From a virus (taxonomy: Duplodnaviria > Caudoviricetes): DNA of 27,333 bases. Shown one piece after another: positions 1-8,699 of the stretch (positions are counted from its first letter, which is position 1; each line of letters starts with the position of its first letter). The stretch covers positions 1-27,333 of IMG/VR virus record IMGVR_UViG_3300017700_000269; one strand, 5' to 3'. A program made the position numbers and the translations under genes. A model generated the notes under the pieces. The model saw only the letters and a list, made by a program, of their open reading frames with translations. It had not been told where the DNA came from and searched no databases.

Positions 1-292
1 CGCGTCCACGGCGATCTCGGGCACTTACGGCGTGCTGACCGTTGCCGGCACCGTCGCCGGTACCTTCGGTCCCGGCCAGGCGATCAGCGGGACGAACGTC
101 GTCGCCGGCACCACGATCCGCCAGCAGCTCACCGGCACCACCGGCGTGGCCGGCACCTACGTGGTCGACAACAACACCGTCGTTGCTTCGACCGCGATCA
201 GCTCGTCGACCTACGCGGAAACGAAGTGGTGGGTCGCGTCGCCGTCCGCGGTCGGCGAGATCTTCAAGATGACCGAGACCGCGCTCCGCTAA
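1..292 (+). CDS. Capsid decoration/cement protein, C-terminal part (5' truncated by the window edge)
   Basis: Frame is open from position 2 (ASTAISGTYGVLTV...) to TAA 290-292. It lies directly upstream of the major capsid gene, is Thr/Gly-rich and ends ETKWWVASPSAVGEIFKMT, as in decoration proteins of this phage group. Confidence 0.7.
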   Translation, partial: ASTAISGTYGVLTVAGTVAGTFGPGQAISGTNVVAGTTIRQQLTGTTGVAGTYVVDNNTVVASTAISSSTYAETKWWVASPSAVGEIFKMTETALR

Positions 293-359
293 GGCGCGGG
301 CTGACCACTTAGAATCGGTCGGACGCCTGACGGCTCCGAACCCCAACAGGAGAGACACG

Positions 360-1451
360 ATGAACTTGCAAGAAGCCATCCAGGGGTGGGGTTCGGACCG
401 CCAGCAGTTCGAGGCCCTGGGCGCCATTTTCCCCGACGTGCAGCAGTACATCCCCGACGGCTACGCGGGTAACTTCAACATCGCGATGGACGCGCAGCCG
501 CAGCTCATGACGGCCCCGAACTCCGGCATCCCGGCGTTCCTGACCACCATGATCGACCCGAGCGTGTTCGAGGTTCTGTTCACGCCGACCAAGGCCGCCG
601 AGATCTTCGGCGAGGTCAAGAAGGGCGACTGGACCGACCAGACCGCGATGTTCCCTGTCGTCGAGCACGCCGGCGAGGTTTCCAGCTACGGCGACTTCAA
701 CAACAACGGGCACGTCACGGTCAACGCGAACTGGCCGCAGCGTCAGGCGTACCTGTACCAGACGATCGAGGAATACGGCGACCTCGAGCTCGACCGCGCC
801 GGCGTGGCCAAGATCAACTGGGTGACGGAGCTCAACAAGTCCGCCGCCACGATCATGAACCGCTACCAGAACTTCACCTACTTCTTCGGCGTGGCCGGAC
901 TGCAGAACTTCGGCGCTCTGAACGACCCGAGCCTGCAGGCGTCGCTGACCCCGGCGCCGAAGGCCGGCGGCGGAAACGCCTGGGTGAACGGCAACGGCGT
1001 CGTGATCGCGACGGCGAACGAGATCTTCAACGACATCCTCGCGTGCTTCTACCAGCTCGTCAGCCAGTCCGGCGGCCTGGTCGACAACGAGACGAAGGTC
1101 GTGCTCGCCCTGTCGCCCGGGTCGAAGCTCGCCCTCAACCAGACCAACTCGTTCGGTCTGAACGTCTACAAGCTGCTGAAGGAGAACTTCCCGAACATCC
1201 GCATCGTCGACGCGGTTCAGTACGGAGCGCGCACCGTCGGAAACCCGCAGGGCATCGTCGGCGGCAACTTCCTGCAGCTGATCGCGGTCGAGATCGAGGG
1301 CCAGCAGACCGGCTTCTCGGCCTTCAACGAGAAGATGCGCATGCACCGCCTGATCCCCGGCCTGTCCAGCTACAGCCAGAAGATCACCGGCGGAACGTGG
1401 GGCACCGTGATCCGCATGCCGATCGCCGTCGTCTCGATGATCGGTATCTAA
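360..1451 (+). CDS. Major capsid protein (DUF2184/Bcep781-like, HK97 fold)
   Basis: 363 aa with SD AGGAG at 348-352. Motifs MDAQPQL..PNSGIPAFLTT.IDP, E.KKGDWT, VSSYGD, YFFGVAGLQNFG.LNDPSL and GGTWGTVI are present, and codon usage is strongly biased. Confidence 0.9.
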   Translation: MNLQEAIQGWGSDRQQFEALGAIFPDVQQYIPDGYAGNFNIAMDAQPQLMTAPNSGIPAFLTTMIDPSVFEVLFTPTKAAEIFGEVKKGDWTDQTAMFPVVEHAGEVSSYGDFNNNGHVTVNANWPQRQAYLYQTIEEYGDLELDRAGVAKINWVTELNKSAATIMNRYQNFTYFFGVAGLQNFGALNDPSLQASLTPAPKAGGGNAWVNGNGVVIATANEIFNDILACFYQLVSQSGGLVDNETKVVLALSPGSKLALNQTNSFGLNVYKLLKENFPNIRIVDAVQYGARTVGNPQGIVGGNFLQLIAVEIEGQQTGFSAFNEKMRMHRLIPGLSSYSQKITGGTWGTVIRMPIAVVSMIGI

Positions 1452-1480
1452 GCCCGGGGACGCGCCCCTGAAAAGTCGCG

Positions 1481-1511
1481 GGGGAGGCTCTTGGCCTCCC
1501 CTTCGTCTTCT
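1481..1511 (+). terminator. Probable intrinsic terminator after the capsid gene
   Basis: Stem GGGGAGGC (1481-1488), loop TCTTG, GCCTCCCC (1494-1501), followed by TTCGTCTTCT. Confidence 0.7.
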
Positions 1512-1553
1512 GCGACAAGGGTTTCGCCCGAACCCTTAACCCAAGGAAGACCG

Positions 1554-2198
1554 ATGACGATCTCCAAAACAGAGAAGTCCCGCCGCGCAGCGACCCGCGC
1601 GGCCAACGTCGCGAAGAAGAACGACCCCGTCCAGGGCGTCGACCACATCGTCGCCGAAGCCATCTCCTCCGGCGCCGCGTCCCGCGCGCCGGACAGCGTC
1701 GTGTCCCCCGCCATCAGGTCGGCCAAGGAGATCCCCGACACCGGGGTCGTGACGGTCGCGTGCAAGATGCCGACCGGACTGCTGCTTCGCGTCTTCATGG
1801 AGACCACCGACCACGAGCAGGTCATGGGCGGCGGCACGCGCCCGGTGAAAGTCTTCCGCCCCGCCGGCGACCAGGTCCGGATCCAGGGATACGCCGTTCC
1901 GCCGAACAAACGGCCGAAGTACCTGATCACCAACAGCAACTACGCGCTGACCGAGAACGTGGACGCGGCGTTCTTCAAGCGCTGGTGGATCCAGAACGAG
2001 ACCTCGGAGCTTGTGAAAAGCGGCCTGATCTTCTGCATGGCGAGGAAGGACGAAGCGGAGGCCAAGGCCGAGACGCGCGAAGGTCTGATGAACGGCCTCG
2101 AGCCCATGAGCCAGGGCAAGGATCCGCGAGCCGGCAAGACCGCCAACCCGAACCTCGAAGACATCCTTCCGGCCAACACCAAGCAAAAGACCGCTTGA
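1554..2198 (+). CDS. Conserved head-region protein of unknown function (post-capsid gene)
   Basis: ATG 1554 with SD AAGGA; 214 aa. Motifs VTVACKMPTGL and YALTENVD..FF..W..QN....LVKSGLIF are typical of the gene that follows the capsid in this group. Confidence 0.75.
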   Translation: MTISKTEKSRRAATRAANVAKKNDPVQGVDHIVAEAISSGAASRAPDSVVSPAIRSAKEIPDTGVVTVACKMPTGLLLRVFMETTDHEQVMGGGTRPVKVFRPAGDQVRIQGYAVPPNKRPKYLITNSNYALTENVDAAFFKRWWIQNETSELVKSGLIFCMARKDEAEAKAETREGLMNGLEPMSQGKDPRAGKTANPNLEDILPANTKQKTA

Positions 2199-2208
2199 GG
2201 AGATCGCC

Positions 2209-2667
2209 ATGGCTCAGTTCGTCACGTTCGACTACCCGGAATGGATCGGGATGTACCCGATGTTCAACGTCGAGCCGACCGTGACGACCGAGCTGGCGGC
2301 GCAGAACTATTTCAACCTCGCGGGCGAGCTGTACCTGCGCAACGACGGGAGCGGACCGATCAGCGACCCGGCTCGCCAGAAAACTCTGCTCTACCTGCTG
2401 ACCGCTCACCTCGCGGCGCTGTTCACCGGCGTCTCGGGCCAGGCACCGTCCGGCGTCGTCGGGCGCGTGAGCAGCGCGAGCCAGGGCTCCGTCTCCGTCT
2501 CGACGGAGCTGTCGACGTCTCCCGGCGCCGCGTGGTTCACGCAGACCCCGTGGGGCTTCCTGTTCTGGCAGGGCACCGCCGCCCTGCGCACGGCGCGCTA
2601 CGTCCGCGGCCCGACGAGGTTCGGGTCCGGCCGCACGGTGGGGGCGATCCCCAACCGACGTTTCTGA
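2209..2667 (+). CDS. Head-tail adaptor (DUF4054-like)
   Basis: SD GAGGAG; 152 aa. Motifs LLYLLTAHLA, VGRVSSASQGSVSVS and WFTQTPWG..FWQ.TA.LRT.RY. Confidence 0.85.
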   Translation: MAQFVTFDYPEWIGMYPMFNVEPTVTTELAAQNYFNLAGELYLRNDGSGPISDPARQKTLLYLLTAHLAALFTGVSGQAPSGVVGRVSSASQGSVSVSTELSTSPGAAWFTQTPWGFLFWQGTAALRTARYVRGPTRFGSGRTVGAIPNRRF

Positions 2668-2692
2668 AACCACCAACCCCGAGGAGAACACC

Positions 2693-3259
2693 ATGGACAT
2701 CGACGCCATCGCCAAAAAAATGCCGGACCTGATCGCTTTCAAAGAGCGGATGGAGCGGCTGCTCGCCAACCCTTTCGCGGCCGTGAACGAGGCGGAGCAG
2801 GCCGACGTCCGCGCGGACTTCGACGCGCTGCGCGAGTTCAAGGACCAGATCCCGCGCGTGATGAACATCGTCGCCCTGGTCGAGGCCGGTCGCGGCCCCA
2901 CCGAGTCGACGGTCGCCGAGGGCGAGCCGTCCACCGAGGACCGCCTCGACGGCCTGAAGAAGTTCGTCGAGGACGCCGTCGACGCCCTGGACGCGAAGAT
3001 CACGGGTCTGAACGATCGCATGGGCGCGTTCGAGACACAGATCGGCGGCCTGACCGCCGACATGACCAAGCTGGCGACCCTCGTCGAGGGCATGGCCACC
3101 GCCCTGGACTTTCAAGACCCGGACCTCGGCAAGAACGGAGCCGTTCCGGAGGCCGCTGGCGAGGGTGCATCGACCGCCGACGCGCAAGTACCCGCCACGG
3201 AAACGAACGAGCCGCTGGCTCCGGCTGGCGACCAGCCGGGCGTTCGAGACCCTTCCTGA
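2693..3259 (+). CDS. Hypothetical acidic, coiled-coil protein
   Basis: SD GAGGAG; 188 aa with phage-like codon usage. It has a heptad-like central region and a disordered Pro/Ala/Glu tail. Confidence 0.75.
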   Translation: MDIDAIAKKMPDLIAFKERMERLLANPFAAVNEAEQADVRADFDALREFKDQIPRVMNIVALVEAGRGPTESTVAEGEPSTEDRLDGLKKFVEDAVDALDAKITGLNDRMGAFETQIGGLTADMTKLATLVEGMATALDFQDPDLGKNGAVPEAAGEGASTADAQVPATETNEPLAPAGDQPGVRDPS

Positions 3260-3339
3260 CGCAATGAGCACCGAACCCGGATCGAAAACGGCCTTTCCGG
3301 GTTCTTCTTGAGCTGAAACGGAACCCGGAAGGACCAAAA

Positions 3340-3702
3340 ATGGACGATCTCAACAGGACGGCCGCCGACGAGGCCGCCGACATCGAGAAGGCCAAGCGGC
3401 CGATGATGACCGTGACGTGCTCGCTCCCGCAAGGGATCGTGCTCAACAACCACATCGGCAAGGACGGAAAGTCGACGTCCGCGGCTAACTTCGGCCCCGG
3501 CCGACCGGTGGCGGTGCAGGGCAGCACCGACGTCGACAAAGAGTTTTGGGACGCCTGGGCCGAGCACAACGGCGAGCTGATCGACCGCGGCGTGGTCAGC
3601 GCCGTCGACAAACGCGAGATGATCGAGAACCGAGATGGCGAAGAAGACGTGGGGCCAGAAGGCCAGGGCGGTTCTGAACCGGATCTCGACGAAGCTCGGT
3701 AA
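3340..3702 (+). CDS. Hypothetical protein, apparent paralogue of 1554-2198
   Basis: SD AAGGA. MTVTCSLPQGIVL and TDVDKEFWDAWAEHNGELIDRGVV align by eye with the motifs of the 1554 protein. Confidence 0.7.
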   Translation: MDDLNRTAADEAADIEKAKRPMMTVTCSLPQGIVLNNHIGKDGKSTSAANFGPGRPVAVQGSTDVDKEFWDAWAEHNGELIDRGVVSAVDKREMIENRDGEEDVGPEGQGGSEPDLDEAR

Positions 3703-4207
3703 ACAGAAAACGCTGCGGGTCGGCTTCCTGGCGGGATCGACGTTTCCAGACGGAACGTCGGTCCCGATGGTCGCCGCGATCCAGAACTTCGGCGCGCCGG
3801 CCGCTCACATCCCGCCGCGTCCGTTCTTCACCAACATGGTCAAGGACAAGTCCCCCGAGTGGCCCAAGGCCGTGGGCGACCTTCTCAAGGACAACGACTA
3901 CGACGCGAACGCCACGCTGAACCAGGCCGGCGCCGGCATCAAAGGCCAGCTGCAGCAGGCGATCGTCGACACCTACGCCCCCGCCCTGTCGCCCGTCACC
4001 GTGATGTTGCGCGGGATGAAATCTCAAGACCCGACGCTCGTCGTCACCGGCAAGACGGTCGGCGAGGCCCGCGCCCGGGTGAAAGCGGGCCTGACCAACT
4101 ACGGCGCGTCGACGAAGCCGCTCATCGAGCACGGCGACATGCTGAACGCCGTCGACTTCGAGGTCTCCATCAGCGCGGCCGGGCTGAACCAGATCTCCCC
4201 GGTGTAA
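3635..4207 (+). CDS. Neck/tail-completion protein
   Basis: 190 aa. Motifs LRVGFL.GSTFPDGTSV.MVAAIQNFG...IPPRPFF and KPLIE.G.MLNAVDFEV; located in the neck module. Confidence 0.8.
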   Translation: MAKKTWGQKARAVLNRISTKLGKQKTLRVGFLAGSTFPDGTSVPMVAAIQNFGAPAAHIPPRPFFTNMVKDKSPEWPKAVGDLLKDNDYDANATLNQAGAGIKGQLQQAIVDTYAPALSPVTVMLRGMKSQDPTLVVTGKTVGEARARVKAGLTNYGASTKPLIEHGDMLNAVDFEVSISAAGLNQISPV

Positions 4208-4266
4208 GAATCTGATGCGCTCGCGGCCCGGACGGTGTAATCGTCGGACGTCGCGGGAGAGAAACC

Positions 4267-4350
4267 TTGAGCAGGCCGGTCGTCCACAAACTGAACAACG
4301 CCGGCGCCAGGCGTCCTCGCCAGTTCGCTGCGAGGGTCCGTCGATGGTGA
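4267..4350 (+). CDS. Possible 27-aa basic peptide (MSRPVVHKLNNAGARRPRQFAARVRRW)
   Basis: GGAG at 4256-4259 precedes TTG 4267. The stop overlaps the start of the next gene (ATGGTGA). No homology evidence. Confidence 0.3.
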   Translation: MSRPVVHKLNNAGARRPRQFAARVRRW

Positions 4351-4745
4351 ACCTGCGCGCGATCGCCAACGCTTACGTCCAGCCGATCAACCCGGACGTG
4401 GTCTCTCAGGTCCGCCGCAGCAGCGGCTACACGACGCTCCCCTCCGGCAAGCGCGTCCCGACCTACGAGACGCTGGCGCCGATCAAAGTCCAGGCGCAGG
4501 CGCTGTCGTTCGGCGACCTGGCGCAGCTCGACGGCCTGAACATCCAGGGCACGCGCCGCGCCCTCTACTTCGACGGCCACCTGTTCGGCCTCGTCCGCGT
4601 CCAGAGAAAGGGCGGCGACGTGCTGATCTTCCCGACGGGAACGTTCCCCGAGGGCGACGAGTGGCTGTGCGTCCACGTCCTCGAGCAGTGGTCTTCCTGG
4701 GGGAAGGTCGCGATCACCCTGCAGAACCCGGAGCCCGCGCCATGA
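4344..4745 (+). CDS. Head-closure/head-tail joining protein
   Basis: Start ATG 4344 (or GTG 4347) with SD GAGGG. Motifs NLRAIAN....INP, VQAQALS..DL.QLDGLNIQG and RVQRKGGDVL.F...EWL...VLEQW. Confidence 0.75.
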   Translation: MVNLRAIANAYVQPINPDVVSQVRRSSGYTTLPSGKRVPTYETLAPIKVQAQALSFGDLAQLDGLNIQGTRRALYFDGHLFGLVRVQRKGGDVLIFPTGTFPEGDEWLCVHVLEQWSSWGKVAITLQNPEPAP

Positions 4746-5272
4746 CCATCAAGCGATCAACCCTTTTCGCCGTCGGCCTTTACGCCGTCCTCGCCGCCGG
4801 CGCGGCGGTGGCGCAGATAGCCACGGGAAACGAGTTCGCCACGCAGACGCCCGGCAAGTCGGTGGTCGGCGCGGTCCAGATGTGCGTCGGGGCCGACAGC
4901 AGGGCCTACCCCTGCCCGTCCGGCGCAGGATCGGCGCCGAGCGCCGCGACGCAGATCCAGGGCAACGGATCCGGCACCACCGGCGCCGTCGTCGGGACGC
5001 TCGCCGGCGCGGCCGCGAAGACGACCTACCTCTGCGACTTCGACGTCTCCGCGATCGGCGGCACGGCGACGGTCGGCCCCGTCGTCGTGGCCGGCCTCCT
5101 CGGCGGGTCGAAGACCTACCAGCTCAGTTCTTCGGCCTCCGGCACCACTTTGTCGAAGTCTTTCTCCCCCTGCCTGCCGGCGAGCGCGGTCAACTCGTCG
5201 ATCACCGTCACCACCACCGCGAACGGGACGGCCACCGCGGTGAACGTCAACTCGTCCGGCTTCCAGCAGTAG
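4742..5272 (+). CDS. Signal-peptide-bearing beta-rich protein, function unknown
   Basis: ATGA-coupled to the upstream gene; 176 aa. N-terminus MTIKRSTLFAVGLYAVLAAGAAVA|Q, 4 Cys, Thr/Ser/Gly-rich. Confidence 0.75.
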   Translation: MTIKRSTLFAVGLYAVLAAGAAVAQIATGNEFATQTPGKSVVGAVQMCVGADSRAYPCPSGAGSAPSAATQIQGNGSGTTGAVVGTLAGAAAKTTYLCDFDVSAIGGTATVGPVVVAGLLGGSKTYQLSSSASGTTLSKSFSPCLPASAVNSSITVTTTANGTATAVNVNSSGFQQ

Positions 5273-5347
5273 GGCGGGCTCGCATCGTCGTTCTTGCGTT
5301 TTCGGTCCGCGTTCTGCTACCGATCCTGAGCGCATCAGGACGCCGAC

Positions 5348-5893
5348 ATGCCTTTGACCGTCACGCCGAACGAGGAGACCGTCATCACCGCGCTGCGGGC
5401 GTTCCTCGCCGACGTCGTGCCGGCGGATTTCGAGATCGTCCAGGCGCAGGGCAACAAGGTGCCGGAGCCGCGCTCCCCGAACTTCATCCTGACGACCATG
5501 CTCCGGAGATCGCGCCTGGCGACCAACGTCAGCGTCGACGGAGGCCTGGTCGACGACTTCCCGACCGAGTCCCTCGTCTTCCAGCCGACGCAGTTCGACT
5601 ACCAGATCGACGTCCACGGCGACCTCGGCGGCGACGCGGCGCAGATCATCACCACGACGATGCGAGATCCGTACGCCACAACGTTCTTCGAGCTGAACAG
5701 CCCCGAGGTCTCGCCACTCTACGCCAACGACCCGCGCCAGATGCCGTTCACGAACGGCGAGCAGCAGTACGAGAACCGGTGGGTCGTCGAGATCTCGCTG
5801 CAGGTCGACCCCTCCATCTCCTATCCGCAGCAGTACGCCAACACGCTGACCATCGTCCCGGTCAGCGTCGAGGCCGACTTCCCGCCACAATGA
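5348..5893 (+). CDS. Tail terminator/neck completion protein
   Basis: 181 aa immediately before the sheath gene. Motifs QAQGNKVPEP, RLATN, QIDVHG and PLYA.DPRQMPF.NGEQQYENRW. Confidence 0.8.
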   Translation: MPLTVTPNEETVITALRAFLADVVPADFEIVQAQGNKVPEPRSPNFILTTMLRRSRLATNVSVDGGLVDDFPTESLVFQPTQFDYQIDVHGDLGGDAAQIITTTMRDPYATTFFELNSPEVSPLYANDPRQMPFTNGEQQYENRWVVEISLQVDPSISYPQQYANTLTIVPVSVEADFPPQ

Positions 5894-5903
5894 GGAAAAA
5901 CAC

Positions 5904-7637
5904 ATGAGCACGATCCCAGCCTCCGCGGCGGTGAAGGTAACGCCGACCGTTCTCACGGCCGGCGGGTCCGCCCTGGACATGAACGGCCTGCTGCTGACCA
6001 GCGGCACCCGCGTTCCCGTCGGCACGGTGGCGAGGTTCGCCAGCGCGGAGGCGGTCAGGTCTTACTTCGGATCGACGTCTCCGGAGGCCATCGCCGCCGG
6101 CGGCGGCCCCGACATGGGGACGGGCTACTTCGGCGGTTTCGACGACTCGAACAAAAAGCCGGGCGCCGTCCTGTTCGCTCAGTACAACGTCGAAGACGTC
6201 GCCGCCTACGCGCGCGGCGGCAACCTGTCCACCATGACCGTCGCGCAGCTGCAGAGCTTGACCGGCTCGCTGAACGTCACGATCGACGGCGTCCAGAAGA
6301 CCAGCACGCCGAACCTCGCCACGGCGACGTCCTTCTCCAACGCTGCGCTGATCCTCGCGGCCGCGCTGGTCATCGACGGACCGCAGGTAGCCAGCTTCAC
6401 GGGATCGATCGCTGCCAGCGTCATGACCGTCTCCGCGGTCAACACGGGCGAGCTCGCCGTCGGCAATGTGGTCAAAGGAGCCGGCGTCACCGCCGGAACC
6501 TACATCACCTCGTTCGGCACCGCCACCGGCGGCCCGGGCACCTACAACGTCTCCGTCTCGCAGACCGTGGCGTCCGAGGCGATGACCGCCGACGCGCAGG
6601 CCGTCGAGTTCGACCCGGTGTCGAAAGCGTTCGTGATCTCGTCGGGCACGACGGGCGACGCCTCGACGATCAACTTCCCCACGGGATCTCTCGCGATCTC
6701 GCTGAAGCTCACCCAGTCCACCGGCGCCGTTCTGTCTCAGGGCGCGGACGCTGCCACGCCTGACGCCTTCATGAACAGCCTCGTCTCGTCCACCCAAAAC
6801 TGGGCGGCGTTCGGAACGATCTTCGACCCGGACGAGACCGGCTACGCCAACAAGCTCGCTTTCTCGGCGTGGGTGAACGGCACGAACAAGCGGTTCGCCT
6901 ACGTCGCGCAGGACAGCGACGTCGCGCCGACCACCACCGTGCCGGCGACCAGCAGCTTCGGCTACGACATCGACCAGAACGGCTACAACGGCACATGTCT
7001 CGTGTGGGAGCCGAGCAACATGAACCACGTCCCGTTCGTCCTGGGGGCGATCGCGTCGATCGACTTCGATCAGATCGACGGTCGGATCACGTTCAAGTTC
7101 AAGCGCCAGGCGGGGCTCGTGGCCGCGGTGTCGGACGAGACCACGCTGAACAACCTGACCGCCAACGGCTACAACTGCTACGGCGCGTACGCCACGGCGA
7201 ACGACGACTTCGTCTGGTTCGCGCAGGGCACGGTGACGGGCGCGTTCGTCTGGCTCGACAGCTACGTCAACCAGATCTGGCTGAACAACGCGCTGCAGCT
7301 CGCGCTCGTTCGCTTCCTCGTCGCGGTGAAGGCGGTCGCCTACACCACCGCCGGCTACGCTCGGATCGAGGCCTCGCTGGCCGACGTCGTCAAGCAAGGC
7401 CTGGCGTTCGGTGCTTTCCGCGCCGGCGTGACGCTGTCGTCCGACCAGGTCGCCGCGGTCAACGCGGCCGCAGGCACGAACGTCGCCAGGATCCTGAGCA
7501 CGCGCGGCTGGTACCTGCAGATCCTCGACGCGTCCCCTGAAACCCGCGCGGCCCGCGGCTCGCCGCCGATGAAGTTCTGGTACGTCGACGGGCAGGCGGT
7601 CCACTTCATCGACCTCACCAGCACCGCGGTCCAGTAA
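5904..7637 (+). CDS. Tail sheath protein (DUF3383-like)
   Basis: 577 aa with SD GAGG. Motifs TIPAS..V.VTP.VL.AGG, QNWA.F, GRITFKFKRQAGL, GYNCYGAYATAND, WLDSYVNQIWLN and RAARGSPP..FWY.DG. Confidence 0.9.
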   Translation: MSTIPASAAVKVTPTVLTAGGSALDMNGLLLTSGTRVPVGTVARFASAEAVRSYFGSTSPEAIAAGGGPDMGTGYFGGFDDSNKKPGAVLFAQYNVEDVAAYARGGNLSTMTVAQLQSLTGSLNVTIDGVQKTSTPNLATATSFSNAALILAAALVIDGPQVASFTGSIAASVMTVSAVNTGELAVGNVVKGAGVTAGTYITSFGTATGGPGTYNVSVSQTVASEAMTADAQAVEFDPVSKAFVISSGTTGDASTINFPTGSLAISLKLTQSTGAVLSQGADAATPDAFMNSLVSSTQNWAAFGTIFDPDETGYANKLAFSAWVNGTNKRFAYVAQDSDVAPTTTVPATSSFGYDIDQNGYNGTCLVWEPSNMNHVPFVLGAIASIDFDQIDGRITFKFKRQAGLVAAVSDETTLNNLTANGYNCYGAYATANDDFVWFAQGTVTGAFVWLDSYVNQIWLNNALQLALVRFLVAVKAVAYTTAGYARIEASLADVVKQGLAFGAFRAGVTLSSDQVAAVNAAAGTNVARILSTRGWYLQILDASPETRAARGSPPMKFWYVDGQAVHFIDLTSTAVQ

Positions 7638-7647
7638 GGGAAAACCC

Positions 7648-8079
7648 ATGTCCATCACCTCGTCAAACTCGGTCGTTCAGATCACCGTCCCGCTCGTCTT
7701 TCCGGCGCCCATGCAGCTGCAGGGGTTCTCCGCGGACGACATCTACGGCACCGACCCTATCAACTCCGCCGAGGTGATGATGGGCGTGGACGGACGGCAG
7801 TCGGCCGGCTTCGTCTACGTGTCGGTGAAGCAGAACTTCACCCTCAACCCCGACTCGCTGTCGAACGACGTGTTCGACGCGTGGTGGGCCGCGTCCCAGG
7901 CCGCCGGCGAGATCCTGGAGTGCGACGGCCTGATCGTTCTCAAAAGCATCGGGACGAAGTTCACCATGACGAACGGAGTTCTGACCAGCTACCAGCCGTT
8001 GCCGGACGGCAAAAGAACGCTGCAGGCGCGCCGCCACGAGATCACCTGGGAGCGGGCCGTCCCGTCGCCGATCTCATGA
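7648..8079 (+). CDS. Tail tube protein
   Basis: 143 aa directly after the sheath gene. Motifs SITSSNSV, QLQGFSADD, MGVDG..SAGFV and GVLTSY. Confidence 0.8.
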   Translation: MSITSSNSVVQITVPLVFPAPMQLQGFSADDIYGTDPINSAEVMMGVDGRQSAGFVYVSVKQNFTLNPDSLSNDVFDAWWAASQAAGEILECDGLIVLKSIGTKFTMTNGVLTSYQPLPDGKRTLQARRHEITWERAVPSPIS

Positions 8080-8561
8080 GGAAGACCAAGGAGATCGTCA
8101 TCGCCGCGTCGAGCACCGCGCTCGGCGAGAACAGCCGCGACATCGGACGCAAGTTCGAGCTCACCGAGATGTCCGCGTCGCGAGCGGAAAAATGGGCGGC
8201 GCGCGCATGGCTCGCCATCTCGCACGCCGGCGTCGAGGTGCCGGAGGGCGTCGCTCAGGCCGGGATGGTCGGGTTCGCGCTCTACACGTTCGCCGCTCTG
8301 GCCGACGCGAAGTACCAAGACCTCGAGCCGCTCATGGACGAGATGATGGACTGCGTCCAGTTCGTCATGGCGAACGGCGCGACCCGTCGCCTGGTCGAGG
8401 AAGACATCGAGGAGGTCGCGACCCGCGGGTTCCTGCGTCTGGAGGTGCTTCATCTCCACACGGGTTTTACCATCGCCGATTGGCTGTCGAGGCAGGCCGC
8501 GAAGACGGAGCCGGCGAAACCGGTGGCCGACGCGTCGACTACCCAAACGTCTCAAGGCTGA
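8076..8561 (+). CDS. Tail assembly chaperone (short form)
   Basis: ATGA overlap with the tube gene; 161 aa between tube and tape measure. Motifs RD.G.KF.LTEMSA..AEKWA.RA and DIEEVAT...LR.EVL.LH.GF. Confidence 0.8.
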   Translation: MRKTKEIVIAASSTALGENSRDIGRKFELTEMSASRAEKWAARAWLAISHAGVEVPEGVAQAGMVGFALYTFAALADAKYQDLEPLMDEMMDCVQFVMANGATRRLVEEDIEEVATRGFLRLEVLHLHTGFTIADWLSRQAAKTEPAKPVADASTTQTSQG

Positions 8562-8698
8562 TCGGCAACGTCCTGTCGTCAGGCATGGCGACGCTCCACG
8601 AGCTCGACACCGTCTACTCGGTGGAGGACTGCCACGACATGATCGAGGTCCGCAGGGTCGACTGGCTGAACCGACCGCGCAAACCGCAAGGAACCTGA
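8462..8698 (+). CDS. -1 frameshift extension of the tail assembly chaperone (fusion about 207 aa, 8076-8698)
   Basis: In-frame slippery heptamer G GGT TTT at 8462-8468. The -1 frame is open to TGA 8696-8698 and encodes YPNVSRLIG.VLSSGMATLHELDTVYSVED..DMIEV. Confidence 0.75.
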   Translation, partial: GFYHRRLAVEAGREDGAGETGGRRVDYPNVSRLIGNVLSSGMATLHELDTVYSVEDCHDMIEVRRVDWLNRPRKPQGT

Positions 8699-8699
8699 C

